Part shown: positions 58,946 through 64,000 of the stretch, piece after piece
Layout of the letters: each line of letters opens with the position of its first letter
How positions within the stretch are numbered: position 1 is the first letter of the stretch
Origin: Podarcis pityusensis
Taxonomy: Eukaryota
Assembly: GCA_964106645.2 (NCBI GenBank)
Contig: OZ067041.1
Direction: 5' to 3' (one strand)
Length of the DNA stretch: 64,000 nucleotides
Made by a program: the position numbers and the translations under genes
The notes under the pieces: generated by a model
Told to the model about the DNA's origin: nothing
The model's input: the letters and a program-made list of their open reading frames with translations, nothing else
Database searches by the model: none

Positions 58946-60099
58946 TTTAGTTCATTCATGCATATCCCACATGGTACTTCCATTGTCATGGTGAGATCTG
59001 AGGTTCAGCTTTTCCCCAGAAATACTGAGTTGGACAGAATACCATTCTGAGTAACTTTCTGTCTGACTTGGAAGCTTTTTGTATTTTCATCCATCTGCCT
59101 ATGGACAGGAAGCCATTAAGAGTACTGCAGCATCCTATTTTAGCTCCTGTTTTAACAGGTCTTTGCACAATTTCTGGCCATTACAAAGGATTGTATTAAA
59201 CAAGTTATTCGGAAAATTCCACTTCAGTGAAATTCAAAGAAATAAAGTACTGCAAAAACAGCCTGCAGTTATTCTCCTGCTGCCTGTATCAGCGGCTTAT
59301 ATGTATAGTACAAAGATTCTAGAAATGTCATAAAACTGAAGCTCAGTTTGTAGGTGTACATATGGATAAGAGACAGGGGGAAAGGACTTACTCTTCTCCA
59401 GCTGAGATTAGAATCCAACTACAGATTACAAATTGACAAAACTCATATTTCTGAAGAACAAATACAGATACAAATTTTAGTAATCACTAACTCTTAAGGT
59501 TCCAAGGGATGTGGGGAAGAAAAAGAATATATCCTTGCCCACGACCTTCTACTCAAATATAACATTCTTCTAATCCTTATTACTGCTGTGCTAAGCCAAG
59601 ATTTTGCAGCCATGATAAACTGATAGCAACAGTGAAAATCCACTTCAGTAGCAGTAGACTCACTTGTACACAATGAAGAAGTAGACCTGTGACATCATAA
59701 TCACACAAATTAATGAGGGGTGTCTCTCTCTGGGATTGAAATTTCAAACCAAATTTAAAGCATTTTTAATGGTAATTCTTGTTCCTCTAAATCAGGGATG
59801 GATCTCCATATGCTGCTGAACTACAGCTTCCAGAGTTGCAGATGCTGGTCATGATTAGGCAGTCTTAAGAAGAAGGGAAAGATGCCAGTTAAGCTCCATA
59901 CAGAGCACTTTGATGAACTGAGACATAAAAGGGCATATGTAGGAGACTGAAAAAGGTATATGTAACCAGGGATGTTTACAACAGTGTACCCCAAACTGTA
60001 CGAACAGGAAGGATAAGACACGAATGAGCTGCAAGGAAATGGCAGGTCTGCTGCTTAGACAAGACAGTAAGTATAAACAAGTGATACAGTGAAAGAAGA

Positions 60100-61600
60100 A
60101 CTACTCAAACTCATATTTTGCCTCAATCTTCTACCACAAAACATACTGTGTTCTACCTGAGAAGAGAATGACAAATGATATAAGGAGAGGCTTGAACCCC
60201 AAGAGATAGAGAATCCTTAGCAACTGTAAACACGTTCAAGTCTCCAAAGCCAAATGAATTACACTCCATGGTGCTAAATGAGTTTGCAGGTATTTTCTCA
60301 AAACCACTGACTAATCTTATGAGAGCTCTTGGAGAATGAGTCAAGTCTCAAAACACTGGAGATAGGAACATCTGAGATGGGGACACAGGGAATCTGGAAA
60401 ACTACAGGCCAGGCACCCCAACACAAAACAAAGAAAGGTTATTAAGCATTTGGTCTATAAGCATCTAAAAACATTGCATCAATTTCTATGAGCCAGCATG
60501 GGTTGCAAAAATAAGGAATGTCAGATCAACCTTGTGTTCTTTTTGCTAAGAGCTACTAGCCTAGTATGTAATCATGGGAGTGTCACATATACCGTATATC
60601 TTGATTTCAGCAAAGCATTTGACAGGGTCTCCCATGGTTGCCTTGATGACAAAATGGTAAGTGAACTGGGCAATACTATAGCTAAGAGGCAGCCACAGCT
60701 GGTTGAGCACTTTTACCCAGTGAGCGCTCATTAATAGCTCTGTATCAAACTGGAGGAAAGTCTTGAGCAGAATATCATAGGGCTCAGTCCCACGCACTGT
60801 GTTCAGTATTTTCTTAAAGACTTGAATGAGGGAAAAGCTTGTAAGATTTGCAAATGAGAAAGTTGGGAGGAATACACAGAAGACAGTATCAAGAGCCAAA
60901 AGAAAAAGATATCCTAAAATTCTGCAACACTAGGCTGCAACAACAGGTGAAATTCAACAGATATAAATGTAAAATCCAGCATGTAAGTGCAAAAAAGAAA
61001 AAGAAAATCAAAGGCAGAATATGCTATTAAAAGCTAATGCAGACTCAGGCTGCATTAACATAGTACCTGTATAGTGTTCAGATCACAGGTAGTAAACATT
61101 GCATTCTATCTAGTACTGATGAGAATGCATCCGAAATACTGTGTCCGGTACTTGATGCCACATTTTAAGAGAGGCCGTGCTAAAACTGCTTGTGTGTGTC
61201 CAAGGAAAGGCAACGAGGGTGGTGAAGGCTCTGAAAAAGTCCTATGAGGAACAGCTGGAAGAGCTAGACATGGTTAGCCTGGAGAAAATGGGGCATAACA
61301 AGATAGGGGTCTTCAAACATCTGATGGGCTGTCATACAGGCCTGATCTTTGTTGTTCCAGAGGGAAGGACTAGAACCAATGGGTAGAAATAGGATTGAAG
61401 CAGATTTCAGCTGAACAGAAACCTTCTAACAGTAAAAGCAGTTCAACAGAGGGAAAGATTGTCTCAGGAGGGGTGGGCACTCATCCACTAGAGGTGCTTA
61501 AGCAAAGTCTGGATGGCCATCTATTAGAGATGCTGTAACTGCATCCTACATTGAGGGGGGCTTGCCAAACTAATCTGCAAGGACCCTTCCAACTCTGCAA
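60100..61600 (+). mobile_element. Degenerate CR1 LINE (RT region and 3' end)
   Basis: YLDFSKAFDRVSH, PNELHSMVLNEFA, FNRYKCKIQH and SYEEQLEELDMVSLEK motifs, and the CR1 3' tail ggacccttccaactc; many stops and frameshifts. Confidence 0.9.
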
Positions 61601-62843
61601 GTCAGGTTTTTCCCCTTTTATATTTATTCATACAATGTTACTGACATAAGACATGAATCTCCCATTCCTTCTACTCAATTGCCTCCACTTCCCAGATTCT
61701 GCTTATAGCGGAGTGACTGATCAACTTTAAATATGATTGTGTTCTTTAAGCAAACATGTATCAATACACTTGCAGGAAATAGATCTACCATGGTATAAAT
61801 AATAAATCAAAGCTCAGGTTTATACCAGAAATTTGTGAGCAAAACAACATGCATCTGTAGAGTACTGCCCAGCTATCTAAACATGACTCAACTGGACGTT
61901 CTGTAAAACCCAATACACAGTATCTTGGTATCAGAATATCTAATCTTAAAGGATGAAGAAAAACAGAGGCCTGATAAGTAGTTATAAAAGTGGAAAATTG
62001 GAAGTCCTTTAAATGACAAGTGATCTATGCTTGCCTTCCTAATAAGGCAAGGTCAATTTTGTCTTTATACATTAAGACAGAATCTGATAAGTTTGCCCCC
62101 CACCCAAAGAGTAGGAGCTACTAAAGTCTAACAACTGCTCCCTAGCTATCTATATTCTCATTCTATTAAAATGTTCTAAAGCTGCAATCCTTGCATAATT
62201 ACTTGAGAATAAGCCCCACTGAACTAAGTGCTGCTCAGTTCTGAGTAAACATACATGAGAGTGCACTACAAAGATTGAGATATTAAATACCTACCCTACA
62301 TGCATGTAAATATACCCTCTTTTGCTGTGTTAATGCATGCAGGCACTTGAACACTTCCATCCCTAGAGATTTTATTCTTTCACTTAGCTACATCCATAAT
62401 TTAAATCCCCTGATGGTAGATTAGATGGTGTGTGTTAACAGAAGTGCTCAATATACATTTTAAATCTAAGTTCCTATTAAGAGCTGCCAACTGTTTGTGC
62501 AGCTGTGGCAAAAGCAGAAGTTCATGCTATAGTTCATGCTACAACATCTTAGAACATCTGCATCCTTTCCAATACAAGCGAGGCAATGCTATTATGCCCT
62601 ATGCCACTTCCCTCTAAATAAGTAGGACTAAATCTTTATCTCCATCTTTACTGGATATGTTGTTCAGCAAAGAAAAAGTTATCTATCCAGCTCATTAACA
62701 CATGAAACTGTACCTTACATGCTTATGCATAGAATAACAACTTTGGGGATCTTTAATATAGAGAGCATTGTGTGACACTGAAGTTAGTGCACTATGTTAT
62801 ACCCAAATAATCATAATAATATCTTGCTTTCTTGGAGGAATTA

Positions 62844-62844
<1 letters not shown>

Positions 62845-62876
<32 letters not shown>

Positions 62877-62993
62877 TTATTATTTGTACCCCGCCCATCT
62901 GGCTGGGTTTCCCCAGCTACTCTGGGCGGCTTCCAACAAAGATGAAAAATACACTAAAATGTCACATATTAAAAACTTCCCTGAACAGGGCTG
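62845..62993 (-). mobile_element. 5'-truncated squamate L2-type LINE 3' end with an (AAT)n tail
   Basis: (aat)n at 62845-62876, then tttgtaccccgcccatctggctgggtttccccagctactctgggcggcttccaac. Confidence 0.7.
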
Positions 62994-64000
62994 TTCAGGG
63001 AAGAATGTTGTAAGAAACAACATATGTTGCTATAAATTTAAATAAAATGTTATTTTACACAGAATTGTGGGAAATGAATAAAATGGTTTTGGAGCTTAAA
63101 GTGTCAAGAAAGACATGCAGAATAGTAAATTGGTTAGTTGTTAAAAGTTACACAGGCTACCCAAGTTCTGGACCATAAGCTCAAACAATTCCAGTTACAC
63201 AGACAGATGGAGGGAGCAGAGCTCATCTTACATGGAACAAATGTGGGTGCTAAGGAGCCAGGAAAGTGGCTTTTTGAACAATTACATGGACTAAGAGATA
63301 GTGAGGTTGCAGAAAAGAGAAAGGTAGAGATGTTTTGCTCCACAGTGTCAGAACAGGGTGGGGAGCAGTCTCCAAGGCAAAATAAGCACCGTTAAATCGC
63401 CCCCTGAGTTAAAAACTATAGTTAAGGCAGCTGCAAGATGTCCAGTTGCAGGAAAGAAGCTTCCCGACAAGAATTAGCTCTAGAGCAAAGAGTTATTATC
63501 TTAATGAGGATGCTGGATGGAAAAGGTAACTAAATGCTAATTAACTCAAGCATCAAGTAGGTTACCAGACATCAACACAAATTTCCTCACGGCAGAGTGG
63601 CACAGGGGTCATGAAGAGCCTCTGGCCAGTCATAACTTAAACCCAGGTGTGCCATTTGAATTCTCTCATGGGAAAAGGCAGTAATATTTTCCTAAGAAAT
63701 GCAAGTTTAGGCTTAAACCAATTACTGGTGGAAATTGCTTGTTCGAGGAAGCCCCCATTAGATATAGCAATGATTCTGGATACTAATTAGGCTTGCACTT
63801 ACATTGCAGTAATTGCAAAAGTTTGTTTCTATGCATGGTTGCTATTATGGGAGAATATACTATTTAAACCAATGTTGTCTTCTCTTATATTGCAACGGCA
63901 CCACACTAACTGCAGAGAGGAATGCCAAAAGAGACACCGTTCAGAGGCATGTGTAGCTTTCCAGTTGAATTGAGCTTCTAGGTTACAGGTTTGAACACAA

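Noticed and set aside
58831-64000. SYNJ1 start-codon exon (MAFSKG...)
   Set aside because: Not found; this region is intron containing CR1 and L2 remnants, so the exon lies beyond the window.

Overview
Vertebrate genomic DNA, almost certainly from a lacertid lizard: it carries a Podarcis/Lacerta-type Sauria SINE and squamate L2, CR1, RTE and MITE repeats. The window holds the syntenic block EVA1C (+; last 3 coding exons, stop 3496), CFAP298/C21orf59 (-; complete, 7 coding exons, 290 aa, plus a non-coding first exon in a CpG island with an RFX X-box) and SYNJ1 (-; 30 internal exons plus the terminal exon, with the start-codon exon beyond the right edge). All exon boundaries were read by hand as GT-AG and are phase-consistent. 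SYNJ1 keeps its known alternative-splicing features: the 24-nt VSEQSLQS microexon, a +/-AGK tandem acceptor, small proline-rich-domain exons and the in-frame stop microexon that switches between the 145- and 170-kDa isoforms. The best candidates for unannotated elements are a 34-nt frameshifting (poison-like) exon in SYNJ1 intron 11, a divergent spliced transcript from the CFAP298 CpG island running antisense into the SYNJ1 3' UTR, and an orphan 48-nt exon downstream of CFAP298. All three are sequence-based inferences only. Exon numbers and comparisons with human come from my memory of the human genes, not from an alignment. I found no evidence for a wholly new biological system.
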